The notes: generated from the letters alone by a model not told the origin. Positions 41,935-53,019 are shown, numbered from the stretch's first letter. The stretch: 64,000 nucleotides of DNA from an uncultured delta proteobacterium (GCA_963810935.1 CAWEPK010000005.1:192001-256000); one strand, 5' to 3'. Program-made: numbers and translations.

Positions 41935-42432
41935 CTACTTATTCACCGGCTCGAACGCGTAGAAGACCCTTTCCATCATGATCGTGCCTGCCTTTCCCTT
42001 TTCTACGGGCATAGGCGGTACCGGGAAGACCACGAACTGGACTTCGTCGCCGCGCTTCAAGGCGCCGACCGGGCAGTTGACGATCTTGCTGATCATCCTC
42101 TTAACCGGCCCGTCGAACTCGATGACTGCGTGGATCAACGGTGATTCATAGCCGAGGGGCACGCCCTTCACCTCTTCGGAAAGGACGACTACCTTGCCCT
42201 TCTTCGGAAGGTCGACGTACTCAAGGTTCTCTGAATAGCAAGCCGGGCAGATCACTCCCCTCGGAGGGAACGCGATATGACCGCAGTCTTTGCACTTGGT
42301 CGTCGTGAACCGGCCCTGTTTCAGGTTCTCATAGAAAGGCCATACCTTATTGAACTCCTTCGCCTCTATGGGCCACAGGTCCATCGATACGGGATATAGG
42401 TTGTCAAGTATTGGAATTCCTACTACGGACAT
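41935..42432 (-). CDS. DUF35 Zn-ribbon/OB-fold thiolase partner
   Basis: CKDC...FPPR...CPAC followed by OB fold. Confidence 0.9.
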   Translation of the reverse strand: MSVVGIPILDNLYPVSMDLWPIEAKEFNKVWPFYENLKQGRFTTTKCKDCGHIAFPPRGVICPACYSENLEYVDLPKKGKVVVLSEEVKGVPLGYESPLIHAVIEFDGPVKRMISKIVNCPVGALKRGDEVQFVVFPVPPMPVEKGKAGTIMMERVFYAFEPVNK

Positions 42433-42444
42433 GGTTCGACCTCC

Positions 42445-43629
42445 TTATTTTACTGGCTCCAGGCCATAAATGAGAATGGTATGCTCGGCGTTGGCCCCGC
42501 TCAGGTTGTGCGTCAGGCCGATGTCGGCGCCCTTTACCTGATTGCGTGCCCTGCCCTGGAGCTGCTTCATGATCTCGGTGCCCTGCCTGATGCCCGTTGC
42601 GCCGAACGGGTGGCCGACGGCAAGAAGGCCGCCATCGGTGTTGACGGGGACCTTTCCGCCGATCTCGATCTGCTTGGAGCTACAGAACGCGCCGCCCTCG
42701 CCCTTCTTGCAGAAACCAAGCTCCTCGACCTCGATGACTTCCGAGATGGTGAAGCAGTCATGCGTCTGGGCAACTTTGATGTCCGAAGGGGACACCTTCG
42801 CCCTCTTGTACGCCTTCTCCGCCGCTACCCTCGTATGCTTCCAGTCGGCCAGGTGCTCGCCGGGGAAGTTGACGGAAAGGCTGGAGAGCGACGTCTGCGC
42901 GCAGCCCCTCAGGTAAACCAACGGCCTGTTCGTATATTTCTTTGCGATCTCGTCCGTCGTTATGATGCAGGCGGCAGCGCCGTCCGTAATCGGGCAGCAG
43001 TCATACAACGTAAGGGGCGGGACTATCGAAGGCGCGTTCATCGCCTCCTCCAGCGTCAGAGCCCTCTGCATCTGTGCTACGGGGTTGGTGGCGGCGTAAT
43101 TGTAGTTGGCTACGGAGACGGCCGCCAGGTCTTCCTTCTTCGTGCCGTAATGGATCATGTGCTCCTGCGCCGTTAATGAAAAGAAGGGCGGCGGCAGGCC
43201 CATGCCGTGCGTCGCTTCCCAGTCATGGTCAACGGACGCCAGCTCGCTGTAGAATATTTCCCACTTCTGCGGGGTATAGAGCTTCTCTCCGCCTGTAACC
43301 ATGACCATATCGGCGTTGCCCGACTCTACGAGGCCTTTCGCAAGTATGATGCCCGTGCTTCCGCCTGCGCAAAGCGTATCGCATCTCGTGCATATGGACG
43401 TCGGCTTCAGGCCGAGCCTCTCTGCTACGACAGGGGCGGTATTGACCTGGAAAGAACATCTTCCGGCATACGACGTGGCCACGATGATGCCGTCAATGTC
43501 GAGCGGCTTCAGCCCGGGTATGTCGTCCAGGCAAGCCTTTCCGGCTTCCTGGAAAAGGTCCATAATGTGGGCTTCCCTGACGCCCCACTTACCCTGACCC
43601 CCTCCCAATATCACTGCGTTTCTTGACAT
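42445..43629 (-). CDS. SCP-x/archaeal-type thiolase
   Basis: LCAGG, CCPITDGAA, HDCF, GHPFGATG, HNLSG; SD AGGAGG. Confidence 0.9.
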   Translation of the reverse strand: MSRNAVILGGGQGKWGVREAHIMDLFQEAGKACLDDIPGLKPLDIDGIIVATSYAGRCSFQVNTAPVVAERLGLKPTSICTRCDTLCAGGSTGIILAKGLVESGNADMVMVTGGEKLYTPQKWEIFYSELASVDHDWEATHGMGLPPPFFSLTAQEHMIHYGTKKEDLAAVSVANYNYAATNPVAQMQRALTLEEAMNAPSIVPPLTLYDCCPITDGAAACIITTDEIAKKYTNRPLVYLRGCAQTSLSSLSVNFPGEHLADWKHTRVAAEKAYKRAKVSPSDIKVAQTHDCFTISEVIEVEELGFCKKGEGGAFCSSKQIEIGGKVPVNTDGGLLAVGHPFGATGIRQGTEIMKQLQGRARNQVKGADIGLTHNLSGANAEHTILIYGLEPVK

Positions 43630-43649
43630 GGAATCCTCCTTGAGTCTTT

Positions 43650-44430
43650 CTATTTGCCTTTGAAGACGGGTTTCCTCTTTTCCGTAAACGCCGCAAAACC
43701 CTCGCGTCCGTCCTCCGATACGTACGTAGTAACGAAGCACTCGTTCTCGAAGTTGAGCGCTGTTGCAAGGTCCATGCTGATCCCGTTGTCCATTGCACTC
43801 TTCAGGACCATCATGGCAACCCTTGGCTTGGCGGCGAGTTTTTTCGCCATCGTCATCGCCTCTTCCAGCAGCGCCTCTTTCGGCACCACCTTGTTGACCA
43901 GGCCGATCCGGTACGCCTCTTCGCCGCTTACTATTTCACCGGTGAAGAGAAGTTCTTTCGCCTTTCCCATCCCTACGAGCCTCAGGGAGCCTCTGCGTGC
44001 CGCCCGAGCCCGGGATAATACCGAGGTTGATCTCGGGGCAGCCGAGCTTCGCATCCGTTGTGGCAATCCGAAGGTCGCACGCCAGGGCAAGCTCAAGTGC
44101 GCCGCCGAGGGTAAAGCCGAAGACTGCGGCTATCGTGGGCTTGCTCATGCCCGCTATCTTATCGAGGCAGCCTCTGGAGATTTTTCCAAAGGCGTAATAC
44201 TCGGGTATCGATTTCCCGGCCACCTCTTTGACATCGAGGCCGGCCGTGAAGATCTTCTCGCCGACCGCCGTGAAAATAACGGCCCGAACCGAGTCGTCCC
44301 GATCCAGCTCTGAAAAAGCGTCGTACAGCTCGCCGTATGCCTTTACGTTGAGCGAATTCACGGGAGGCCTGTTCAGCTTTACAACCGCGACGCCTTCTTC
44401 TTTCTCTATGAGTAAGGATTCGTACGCCAT
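43650..44430 (-). CDS. Enoyl-CoA hydratase/isomerase; apparent frameshift near 43995
   Basis: AGLD, GGALELALACD, PEINLGIIPG then LRLVG, EDGREG. Confidence 0.9.
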
Positions 44431-44454
44431 TTCCTCCTCCTTATCCGCTGCTTC

Positions 44455-45308
44455 TTAGTACTGGTACCAGCCGCCGCCCGTCTTCCTGCCCAGGCGGTTC
44501 GCCTTGATCATGTCCTTCATCAGCCTCGGGGCGACCCACTTCAGCTCTTTGTTCATTTCCGAGTGTAGGTAGTTCGCTACGTGATAGGCGATGTCGATGC
44601 CGGTAAGGTCCATCAGCTCGAACGGACCCATCGGATAGTTGAGGCCCAGCTTAGCCGCCTTGTCGATGTCCTGCGGGCTGGCGATGCCTTCCTGAAGCAG
44701 CCATATGGCTTCGAGGAAGTGGGGCATCATGAGCCTGTTGACGACGAAGCACGGGATGTCTTTCTTGACTTCAATGGGCTCCTTGCCGAATTTCTTCGAC
44801 AGGTCCAGGGCGACGGCGATCGTCTCGTCGTTTGTATGGAACCCGCGGATCACTTCTACCAGCCGCATAAGAGGCACAGGGTTGAAGAAGTGCATGCCGC
44901 AAACCTTCTCCGGCCTCGACGTCGCGTTGGCGATCTCGGTGATCGACATGGACGACGTGTTCGTCGAAAGGATGGCGTCCTTCTTCGTGATCTCGTCCAG
45001 GGCCTTGAAGGTCTTAAGCTTGATGTCCATGATTTCGGGAACAACCTCGACTACGAAGTCGGCATCCTTCATGTCTTCAAGCTTCGTCGTGCCCTTGATC
45101 TTCCCGAGGACCGCGGCCTTTGCTTCTGCCGTCATCTTGCCTTTTTCGACGCTCTTCGTGAGGAATTTATCGATGCTTTTTATTCCCCCTGAACGAATTT
45201 CTCATCGATATCGCTCATGATTACGTCATAGCCGGCTGCGGCGGCCACCTGAGCGATGCCGTTACCCATGGTACCGGCGCCAACTACGCCTATTGTCTTG
45301 ATATTCAT
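44455..45308 (-). CDS. 3-hydroxyacyl(butyryl)-CoA dehydrogenase; apparent frameshift near 45195
   Basis: MNIKTIGVVGAGTMGNG at 45308, NTSS, GMHFFNP, PMGPFEL.D. Confidence 0.9.
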
Positions 45309-45594
45309 CGGACACCTCCAGTTTCATTAGTTGATTTGGCTACAAAGGAAAATAAGTACAAGATACTAATTATATACCTATAATGAATGGAGCATGTCAA
45401 CTTAATTCTAGCCCGAATCCGCTCTACCCTTTGAGAAAGCGATAAGTTTTCCGCACATATGTATATGCGGCCGAACATGAAAAAAGATTCACTAGGTTCA
45501 CGGTACTGAACGTTATGTGACAGACAGTACTACGCGAACCACGGCATGTAGTATACTAATGAGTTGGCCTTTACGTCTTTTCAAGGAGGCTTGC

Positions 45595-46521
45595 TTGATA
45601 GTCGGAACAACCGGCCCCCTGACGGATGACTTCTTTGTCATCGGACTCGCCTGGTCCCCCGTCTACTTCCTTAAAGGGAGAAGGCCTGTGCTTTTCGAAG
45701 CAGGTTTTGCCTGCTCGGCGAGGATATCGTCGGATGCAATAAGGTCTTTGTCGGTCATGCCGCCTTCGATGCTCTTCCTGACGCACGTGCATTGGGACCA
45801 CTGCGGGGCGGCCGCTTACCTGAAAGAGGCGTTTCCCGGCCTCATTGTCGCCGCATCAGCCAGGGCGTCCGCTATCATGGCCCGCCCCCACGCCAGGGAC
45901 CTCATGGAAAAACTGAGCGAGAACGTAGTGCCTCTCGTCGCGGACCTTCCCGGTATCGATGAGAAGACAATCCGCGGCCTCCCCTTCCGGCCCCCTGCGG
46001 TCGATACGGTCGTCGAAGACGGGCAGGTAGTCGAGCTGGACGATGACCTGACCGTAACCGTAATGGCAACGCCGGGTCACACGCGGGACCACATGAGCTA
46101 CTACATACCGGAAAAGCGCATCCTGGTCGCTACGGAAGCGTGCGGCGTGCTCGACCGGGCGGGCAACGTCGCTACTGAGTTTATCGTCGATTACGATGCG
46201 TACGTCGCCTCCCTGAAGCGCCTGGCCGCGCTGCCGGTGGATATCCTCTGCCAGGGGCACCACTTCGCCTTCGTCGGCGCGGACGAGGTCCGCGCCTTCT
46301 TCGCGCGCTCGCTGGACGCAGCGGAGCGCTTCAGGGACACCGTGTACCGGCTGTTGCAGGAGACGGGAGGCGACGAGAAAGAGGTGGTCAGGAGGGTCAA
46401 GGCAGCACAATGGGATAGCAATACATCGGTAAAGCAGACGGAAACGGCCTACCTCATCAACCTGAGCAACCGGGTCGCCCATCTGGCCGAAAAATTGAGG
46501 AAGGGCGGCGGCCTTCCATGA
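45595..46521 (+). CDS. Metallo-beta-lactamase-fold hydrolase
   Basis: THVHWDH, TPGHT, QGH; AAGGAGG before TTG 45595. Confidence 0.85.
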   Translation: MIVGTTGPLTDDFFVIGLAWSPVYFLKGRRPVLFEAGFACSARISSDAIRSLSVMPPSMLFLTHVHWDHCGAAAYLKEAFPGLIVAASARASAIMARPHARDLMEKLSENVVPLVADLPGIDEKTIRGLPFRPPAVDTVVEDGQVVELDDDLTVTVMATPGHTRDHMSYYIPEKRILVATEACGVLDRAGNVATEFIVDYDAYVASLKRLAALPVDILCQGHHFAFVGADEVRAFFARSLDAAERFRDTVYRLLQETGGDEKEVVRRVKAAQWDSNTSVKQTETAYLINLSNRVAHLAEKLRKGGGLP

Positions 46522-47258
46522 AAAGCGCTTTATTCACGGCCACCCTTTTCTGCCTCCTTCTTGCCTTGTCCGCTGCGGCGCAGCAAGGCTGCGGCAGCAT
46601 CGTTATCGCCATCGACGCGGGCCATTCACCGGATGCGCCGGGCGCGACGAGCGCCAGGGGGAAGCCGGAGCACGCCTTCAACGACAGGCTTGTAGGGCTC
46701 ATACTGGAACGCCTTCACGCAGCCGGCTTTACCCGTGCCTTCATCGTCCCCGTGAAGGCCGGCGGGCTTTCTCCTTCCGGGAGGGCCGGGGCGGCAAACG
46801 ACGCAAGGGCCGACCTTCTTATATCGGTCCATCACGATTCGGTGCAGCCCGCTTATCTTTCCGAGTGGTCCTACGACGGCAGGACGCTTCTCTACTGCGA
46901 CAAATTCGACGGTTATTCCCTTTTCATCTCCGGCCCCGAAGATACCGGCAACCGGGCCCTCCTGTTCGCCCGCATACTGGCGGCACGGTTGATCTCTGCC
47001 GGGCTGAGGCCGTCCCACCATCACGCGGAAGCAATACCCGGCGAGGCCAGGCACGCAGTCGATGCGGAAAAAGGCATATACCGCGACGACAACCTCGAGA
47101 TACTGAAAAGGGCGCGCGTGCCGGCAATACTGGTAGAGGCAGGCGTTATCGCAAACAGGGACGAAGAAGCGATGCTCGAAACGCCCGCCTACAGGGAAAG
47201 GATTGCGGAGGCAGTTGTCTCTTCGGCCGGGGAATATTGCTCGGCCTTACAAAAATAA
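46518..47258 (+). CDS. N-acetylmuramoyl-L-alanine amidase (Amidase_3)
   Basis: Signal peptide, IDAGH, E, SVHHD, ILVEAG. Confidence 0.9.
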   Translation: MKSALFTATLFCLLLALSAAAQQGCGSIVIAIDAGHSPDAPGATSARGKPEHAFNDRLVGLILERLHAAGFTRAFIVPVKAGGLSPSGRAGAANDARADLLISVHHDSVQPAYLSEWSYDGRTLLYCDKFDGYSLFISGPEDTGNRALLFARILAARLISAGLRPSHHHAEAIPGEARHAVDAEKGIYRDDNLEILKRARVPAILVEAGVIANRDEEAMLETPAYRERIAEAVVSSAGEYCSALQK

Positions 47259-47269
47259 CGGAGGCCAAG

Positions 47270-48293
47270 ATGGTGCCGGAAAAAGGCAAAGACGCGAAAC
47301 CCCTCGCTTACGACGAGCGCGAGGCGATCATGCGGGAGATGATGGGCTTCTGGCAGATACGCATCGTCCTGACAGCAGCGGAGCTCGACTTGTTTACGCT
47401 TCTCAACGGCGCCCCGTCGAGCGCTGCCCGGCTGGCTGCGGCCGCCCGATGCGACGCGCGCGCCCTGGAACGCCTCCTCGATGCCCTCGCAGCCACAGGC
47501 TTCGTAAAGAAAGAAAGGGACGTCTTTGCCCTCTCGGCCAAAGGATCGCTCCTCGTGGCGGGCCGCTCCGGGACCGTCCTGCCGATGCTCCTTCATTTCA
47601 ACGAGCTGTGGTCTAAATGGAGCCGGCTGACCGAGGTCGTCCGGACGGGTCTGCCTGTGGAAAGAGAGGCAGGGGATACGGGCGAGGCAAACCGGCGGGC
47701 CTTCATCGGCGCAATGCACGCGGTAAGCCTGCGCCTTTCGATGGAGATGGCGTCCGCCTTCGACGCCTCCCGGTTCAACCGCCTTCTCGACATAGGCGGC
47801 GGCTCCGGCGTTTACACCATAGCCTTCCTCAAGCGGAACCCGGCCATGACCGCCGTCCTCTTCGACGTGCCCCAGGTCACCGCCATGGCGGCGCAGTTTA
47901 TCGAAGCGGAAGGGCTGGCCGGAAGGGTGGCGCTCGTTTCCGGCGATTTCTGTGTGGACGAGCTGCCGTCCGGCTGCGACCTGGCGCTGCTTTCCGCAAT
48001 CATCCACCAGAACGACCCTGCCCGGAACGTCGAGCTTTACGGAAAGGTCTTCCGCGCGCTAAGGCCGGGAGACAGCCTGCTCATCCGTGATTTCGTAATG
48101 GACGCATCCCACACGAGGCCGGCCGGAGGCGCCCTCTTCGCAGTCAACATGCTTAGTCGGCACGAGCGGAGGAAGTACTTACTCGTTCGATGAAATAAGT
48201 GCGGGGCTGGAAAAAGCGGGCTTTAGCGCAGTGCAGCTTCTCCGCGCGTCCGACGGCATGGACGCCCTGATATCGGCGAAAAAACCGGGATAG
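47270..48293 (+). CDS. O-methyltransferase (Methyltransf_2 with dimerisation domain); apparent frameshift near 48155
   Basis: LLDIGGGSG, GDF, SAIIH; shifted frame gives GTSGGSTYSFDEI...AGF. Confidence 0.85.
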
Positions 48294-48316
48294 AAGACCC
48301 CAGGATACCGCCGGTT

Positions 48317-49222
48317 TTATTCTTTCGGCAGGCGCTGTCTCAATGCGGCAGCGAGGGTCTCCCCCGAGGCATCATCTTTCAGGCCCGAAGCACCGACGAC
48401 AAACCTGCCGGAGCGGGAGAGCACCATCTTTTTATATAACGGGTCGTTCACGCGCAGGAGACTCTCGTCTTTGCCGACAGCGGTCTCCGACCCGCCTTTC
48501 GACGACTTCAGATATTTCGCGTATTCGTCGAGCGCCCGTATCGCTGCATCAGTTGACGGAAACAGCATGACGAACATCTTCACCCGGTCCTGGCCGATCA
48601 GGTCTTCCGCTGTCAGGCCCCTCCCGAAGAAGCCATACCCGAGGAGACCTGAAGGGTAGTACCGGTCGGTCAAAGGGACGGCGCCGGGGACCTTGAGCAA
48701 TTCGAGCTCTTTAGGTTTTTCCCGCCCGTCCGGGAGGCCCTTCGATATCGTCTCCGCGCATGAGCGGAACACGGCTGCATCACCGGTCGAGGCCCCCGAG
48801 ACCTCTATGCGCACGAAATAACGGTCCTGGTAGAACATCAACTGCGATTCGTCGGCAAAGCCTTCCGCACCTATCGGGACAAGGTTTGCACCGGGGCTGC
48901 GGTAACTCCCGTAGATACCGAAGGCATCGAGAAGCGACCCCATCCTGAAGATGGTCGCAACGATGCCGTAGCCTTTGACGCTCGCCTTCGCGTACCTTAC
49001 GGTTGCAGCTTCCGAAAACCCGTAAGGCATATACATCTCCGCCTCTCCGTCGATGTACTTGTAGAGTGTCGCGGGGGTATAAGTCGCGGGCTTCCCTTCC
49101 ATCGACCAGCCGGGCGCGAACTTCGCCGGCAGAAGTGCTCCTGCCGCCTTTTCGGCAGCGGCCGCGGGAAGGGCAAAGGCGATTATCAAAACGGCGACTA
49201 TCGCGGAGATGCTGCGCATCAT
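48317..49222 (-). CDS. Exported hypothetical protein (DUF6599-like)
   Basis: Signal peptide, LYKYIDGEAE.Y..YGF, AFGIY; ATGA overlap with the reductase stop. Confidence 0.7.
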   Translation of the reverse strand: MMRSISAIVAVLIIAFALPAAAAEKAAGALLPAKFAPGWSMEGKPATYTPATLYKYIDGEAEMYMPYGFSEAATVRYAKASVKGYGIVATIFRMGSLLDAFGIYGSYRSPGANLVPIGAEGFADESQLMFYQDRYFVRIEVSGASTGDAAVFRSCAETISKGLPDGREKPKELELLKVPGAVPLTDRYYPSGLLGYGFFGRGLTAEDLIGQDRVKMFVMLFPSTDAAIRALDEYAKYLKSSKGGSETAVGKDESLLRVNDPLYKKMVLSRSGRFVVGASGLKDDASGETLAAALRQRLPKE

Positions 49223-50370
49223 GCGAAAAGACTCTGCGCCTGACGCATCTTCCCGGCTATGTCGAGGCCGTTGACACACTCGGCTACGCATTCCTTGCAG
49301 GCCGAGCAGCGCCGGGCGCCGGGCGCCCCCCTGTATGTAGACTTCGCAAGCGCATACTCCCTGTAACCTTCCGCGTACATAAGCGCGCGGTTGACGACGC
49401 TTATCTGCACGCCGTTCGGGCAGGTCGGCTCGCACTTCGCGCACAGCCTGCAGAAATACCCGTCGATGGCCTTTGCGTATTCCTCGACTATGCGCCGGTC
49501 CTTGTTCGTAATGCGGGCAGTCATGAGCGGCAGCATCTGCCTCACCTGGTCGAGCGTCTTCATGCCGGCTATGGCGCACGCCACGTTCTCGTCCTGCATC
49601 ACCCATTTGAATGCTGCGGCGGCCTGTTCGGGGCTCAGGGGCTCGTTCCCCTTCCTGTATCCGCCCATCTGGATCTTCATGGCAACTATGCCGACGCCTG
49701 CCGCTTTAGCCCGCGCTATGGCCTGTTTTACCGAAGGGTCACTCTTCGCGTTGTATCCCACGAGGACTACGTCGAAGAACTTCTCCGGGTCGTTGACGAC
49801 CGCGTTGATTACATCCGCCTGGTTCGTATGCGTCGTGACCCCCAGGAACCTCACCTTCCCCTGCTTCCGCAACGTTGCGTACGCCTCGCGCACCTCGGGG
49901 ATGAAGGCCCGCTTACCGTCGGTGAGGTTGTGTAGCTGGATCACGTCGATATGGTCCGTGCCGAGGCTCTTCAGGCTTGTCTCGACATCGGCGACGATCG
50001 TCTCCCGCGTGTTGGAGTCGGGTTTTGTCTTGGTGGCTAAATAAATCTTGTCGCGTATGCCCTGGATGGCCCTGCCTACTATCGACTCGCTTCTGCCGTT
50101 TAAGTACCTGCGCGCAGTATCGACATAATTGATGCCCGAATCGATCCCGGCCCGTATCACCTCGTACTCGGGGGTTAGCATCGCGCCGAAGCTTAAGGTA
50201 GTCACCTTCAGGCCGGTCCTTCCGAGGGTGCGGTAGGCAAGCTGAGGCTCCTGTCCGGCATGGACCAAGCTCTCAAGGCCCCCGACGCCGATTGCGGCGG
50301 CGGCTGCACCGGTCACGCCTGCCTTCAGGAAATCCCTTCTGTTAATGGAGCACGATTCCGGTTTTTTCAT
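49219..50370 (-). CDS. Aldo/keto reductase with Tat-like leader and C-terminal Fe-S cysteine motifs
   Basis: NRRDFLK, RTLGRTG, DTA..Y, CRLCAKC...CP, CSACKEC...C. Confidence 0.9.
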   Translation of the reverse strand: MKKPESCSINRRDFLKAGVTGAAAAAIGVGGLESLVHAGQEPQLAYRTLGRTGLKVTTLSFGAMLTPEYEVIRAGIDSGINYVDTARRYLNGRSESIVGRAIQGIRDKIYLATKTKPDSNTRETIVADVETSLKSLGTDHIDVIQLHNLTDGKRAFIPEVREAYATLRKQGKVRFLGVTTHTNQADVINAVVNDPEKFFDVVLVGYNAKSDPSVKQAIARAKAAGVGIVAMKIQMGGYRKGNEPLSPEQAAAAFKWVMQDENVACAIAGMKTLDQVRQMLPLMTARITNKDRRIVEEYAKAIDGYFCRLCAKCEPTCPNGVQISVVNRALMYAEGYREYALAKSTYRGAPGARRCSACKECVAECVNGLDIAGKMRQAQSLFA

Positions 50371-50499
50371 ATCTCCTCCTCGAGGTCCTTTGACCGGTTA
50401 TATGAGAATTCTATCCTCTTCCCGTCCCTGATGCAAGTAGCGATAGAGACCGGGGCAAATAGATTCGGCGCATGTTCCGAGGCGGTTCAATTTTTTTAG

Positions 50500-51321
50500 C
50501 TAATCGGGCAAGCGTGAAATGGAGCGGGCTGCCGGGCGCTTTTTTTTGTCGGCCTGGGATGCAATGACTCTCGCTTTGATGTCCGGGCTCTGGAAGGCAT
50601 GCTCTTCGCGGAATGATTTCTCCAGCGTTATCAACCGCTCGCCGAATTTTATCGCGTGGAAGCGCATGGCCTCATAGGCCCCTTCGCTGTCCTTTCTCAA
50701 CACCACCTCGACGACAGGCAGGTGCCAGTCGCCCGGGTGCATGTCCCAGGGATCGGGGTTTATGACCTTCACTACCTCCCGCGTCAGCTTCAGCATAGAG
50801 TGAACGAGGCTCTCGTAGAAACGGTTGCCGCACATCTCGGCCAGTATAAAGTGGATTGCCTGCTTCCTGCCGATGTCCTCCCGCAGGGGCACAGCGGCCA
50901 GGTTCTCCGCGGCCGATGCCGCGCTGAGGCGTTCGGCGTATTCGTCCGTCAGGTGCCGGGCCGCAAGGCGCGCCACTTCCGGCTCGACGAGCACCCTCAC
51001 CTGGTGCAATTCGGGTATGGAGATCTTGTTGCTGAGAAAAAGGTCCAGGTACGTATAGGTCAGGTGCTCGAACGTCAACTCCGTGACGAACGCGCCGCCC
51101 GTCGGCCCCAGTCGGACGCTGATGAAACCGGCATTGCCGAGGACCCGCAGGGCCTCGCGTATGGCGACACGGCTGACCTCGAATTCTTCGGCGAGCTGGC
51201 GCTCGGAAGGCAGCCTGTCTCCCGCCTTGAAATTCCCCAGCAGGATAGACTGTTTAAGCTGGCCGGCCACCTCCTCGGAGACGCGCGACTGCTTGATCGG
51301 CTTAAACCTGCGTACATCCAT
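50500..51321 (-). CDS. GntR/FadR-family transcriptional regulator
   Basis: GDRLPSERQLAEEFEVSR..IREAL plus FCD domain. Confidence 0.92.
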   Translation of the reverse strand: MDVRRFKPIKQSRVSEEVAGQLKQSILLGNFKAGDRLPSERQLAEEFEVSRVAIREALRVLGNAGFISVRLGPTGGAFVTELTFEHLTYTYLDLFLSNKISIPELHQVRVLVEPEVARLAARHLTDEYAERLSAASAAENLAAVPLREDIGRKQAIHFILAEMCGNRFYESLVHSMLKLTREVVKVINPDPWDMHPGDWHLPVVEVVLRKDSEGAYEAMRFHAIKFGERLITLEKSFREEHAFQSPDIKARVIASQADKKKRPAARSISRLPD

Positions 51322-51381
51322 AAGTTTCCCTTAAAATACGCCAATAGCTCCCGTCTGTCAATCTTATTATCATTAAAATTC

Positions 51382-51424
51382 TTGACATTAGTTAATGACT
51401 AAGGTCAAATGTTTATACCATTAA
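51382..51424. promoter_or_regulatory. Divergent promoter/operator region
   Basis: 27-bp imperfect palindrome TTGACATTAGTTAATGACTAAGGTCAA followed by TTTATACCATTAA. Confidence 0.55.
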
Positions 51425-51455
51425 AAAATAACGGACGCGATGCTTTCATATAGGG

Positions 51456-52946
51456 GTGCAGATGAACGTTGCCGCCAATTTAGAGAGATCAGCCCTTTTC
51501 TTCCCCAATAACCCGGCCATAAGCCAATCCGGCAGTGAAATGACGTACGCCCGCCTCGATGAGGAATCGGCCTTGATCGCCTCCGCGCTGATCGAAAGCG
51601 GGATAGCGCCCGGAGACCACGTAGCCCTTTGCTCCGCCAACCGTGCGGAATGGATCTCCTTTTACTTCGGCGTGCTGAAGGCGGGCGGCGTAGCCGTCAC
51701 CCTGTCGGGGGCCTTGACCTTCGACGAGCTTGCCCTGCTGGTCGGCCACGCGAAGCCGCGCATAATCTATACGGACAGGGCGGACGAGATGGCGCGTATC
51801 CTCGGCGATAATGCCGGCGGACGGATTATAAACCCCAGCGGGCCTCTCGATGTGTCAGCCTTCTGCGGCCGCGCAAAGGGTCGCGTAAAGGCGCTCGACC
51901 GCGACAGGACGGACGTGGCCGCGATCCTTTATACGGGCGGCACAACAGGCATTCCCAAGGGCGTTATGCTGACCCACGAGAACATCAACGTGTCGGCCCA
52001 CAACGTCGCTTTCAGCGAGCGGTCTACCGAGAATGACCGCGCCCTGCTCTTCCTGCCGCTGAACCACGTTTTCGGCCAGATGCACATAATGAACGCGACC
52101 ATCCTTTCGGCCGGCTGCCTGGAGCTTCTGCCGGTATTCAACCTCGATCAGGTCCTCGACCTGCTGAAAGAGGGGCGGGTGACCAAGCTCTTTGCGGTCC
52201 CGACCGTCTTCACGCGCCTCCTTGCGTTGCCCGACCTCAAGGAAAGGCTCGGCGCCGTGCGGTACTGCTTTTCTGCTGCGGCCAGCCTGCCCGCTGAAGT
52301 CATTCGCAAATGGAAGGAAGTGACGGGCATCGATATCTCGGAAGGATACGGGATGACGGAATCGGCCTCCGCGGTCACCTACAACCATTATTACCGGCAT
52401 GTCGTCGCCTCGGTCGGCGGGACCGTTCCGGGAGTCGAGGTCGAGATCAGGGACATCTCCGGCAACCGGCTCGCTCTCGGGCAGGAAGGGGAGATATGCA
52501 TCAAGGGGCACAACATAATGAAGGGCTACCTGGATAATCCGGAGGCTACGGCCGAGGCCTTCTGGCCAGGCGGCTGGTATCGCTCGGGCGACATCGGGGT
52601 GCTCGACGGACAGGGCTACGTGTTCATCGTCGACCGGCTGAAGGACATGATTATAACAGGCGGAGAGAACGTCTACCCCCGCGAGGTGGAGGAGGCTATC
52701 TACCTGAGGCCCGAAGTGCAGGAGTGCGCGGTGATCGGCGTGCCCGACAAAGAATGGGGCGAGAAAGTAGTCGCCTTTATCACCCTCAAGGAAGGGCAGG
52801 CTTTAGACGCACAGGCGATGAAGTCGTTCCTCAAGACGCGCATATCGGTCTTCAAGGTGCCTAAGGATTATATTGAGACGAAGGAGTTGCCCAAGAACGC
52901 CGCCGGAAAAATCCTGAAACGCGAGCTGAGACAATGGGTCCGGTAG
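51456..52946 (+). CDS. Acyl-CoA synthetase (AMP-forming)
   Basis: YTGGTTGIPKG, GYGMTE, SGD, DRLKDMI, GKILK. Confidence 0.93.
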   Translation: MQMNVAANLERSALFFPNNPAISQSGSEMTYARLDEESALIASALIESGIAPGDHVALCSANRAEWISFYFGVLKAGGVAVTLSGALTFDELALLVGHAKPRIIYTDRADEMARILGDNAGGRIINPSGPLDVSAFCGRAKGRVKALDRDRTDVAAILYTGGTTGIPKGVMLTHENINVSAHNVAFSERSTENDRALLFLPLNHVFGQMHIMNATILSAGCLELLPVFNLDQVLDLLKEGRVTKLFAVPTVFTRLLALPDLKERLGAVRYCFSAAASLPAEVIRKWKEVTGIDISEGYGMTESASAVTYNHYYRHVVASVGGTVPGVEVEIRDISGNRLALGQEGEICIKGHNIMKGYLDNPEATAEAFWPGGWYRSGDIGVLDGQGYVFIVDRLKDMIITGGENVYPREVEEAIYLRPEVQECAVIGVPDKEWGEKVVAFITLKEGQALDAQAMKSFLKTRISVFKVPKDYIETKELPKNAAGKILKRELRQWVR

Positions 52947-53019
52947 ACGTGACAGGTGAAATAATGCCGCCGGTCCGGGCGGTGGAACAAAAAAACCAAT
53001 AGCATTAAGGGAGGAAACG

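Noticed and set aside
46865..47269. Long N-terminal extensions in the ORF track (also 11740-11856, 49223-49606, 63022-63234)
   Set aside because: They overlap real upstream genes; downstream starts with SD sites or stop/start overlaps fit better.
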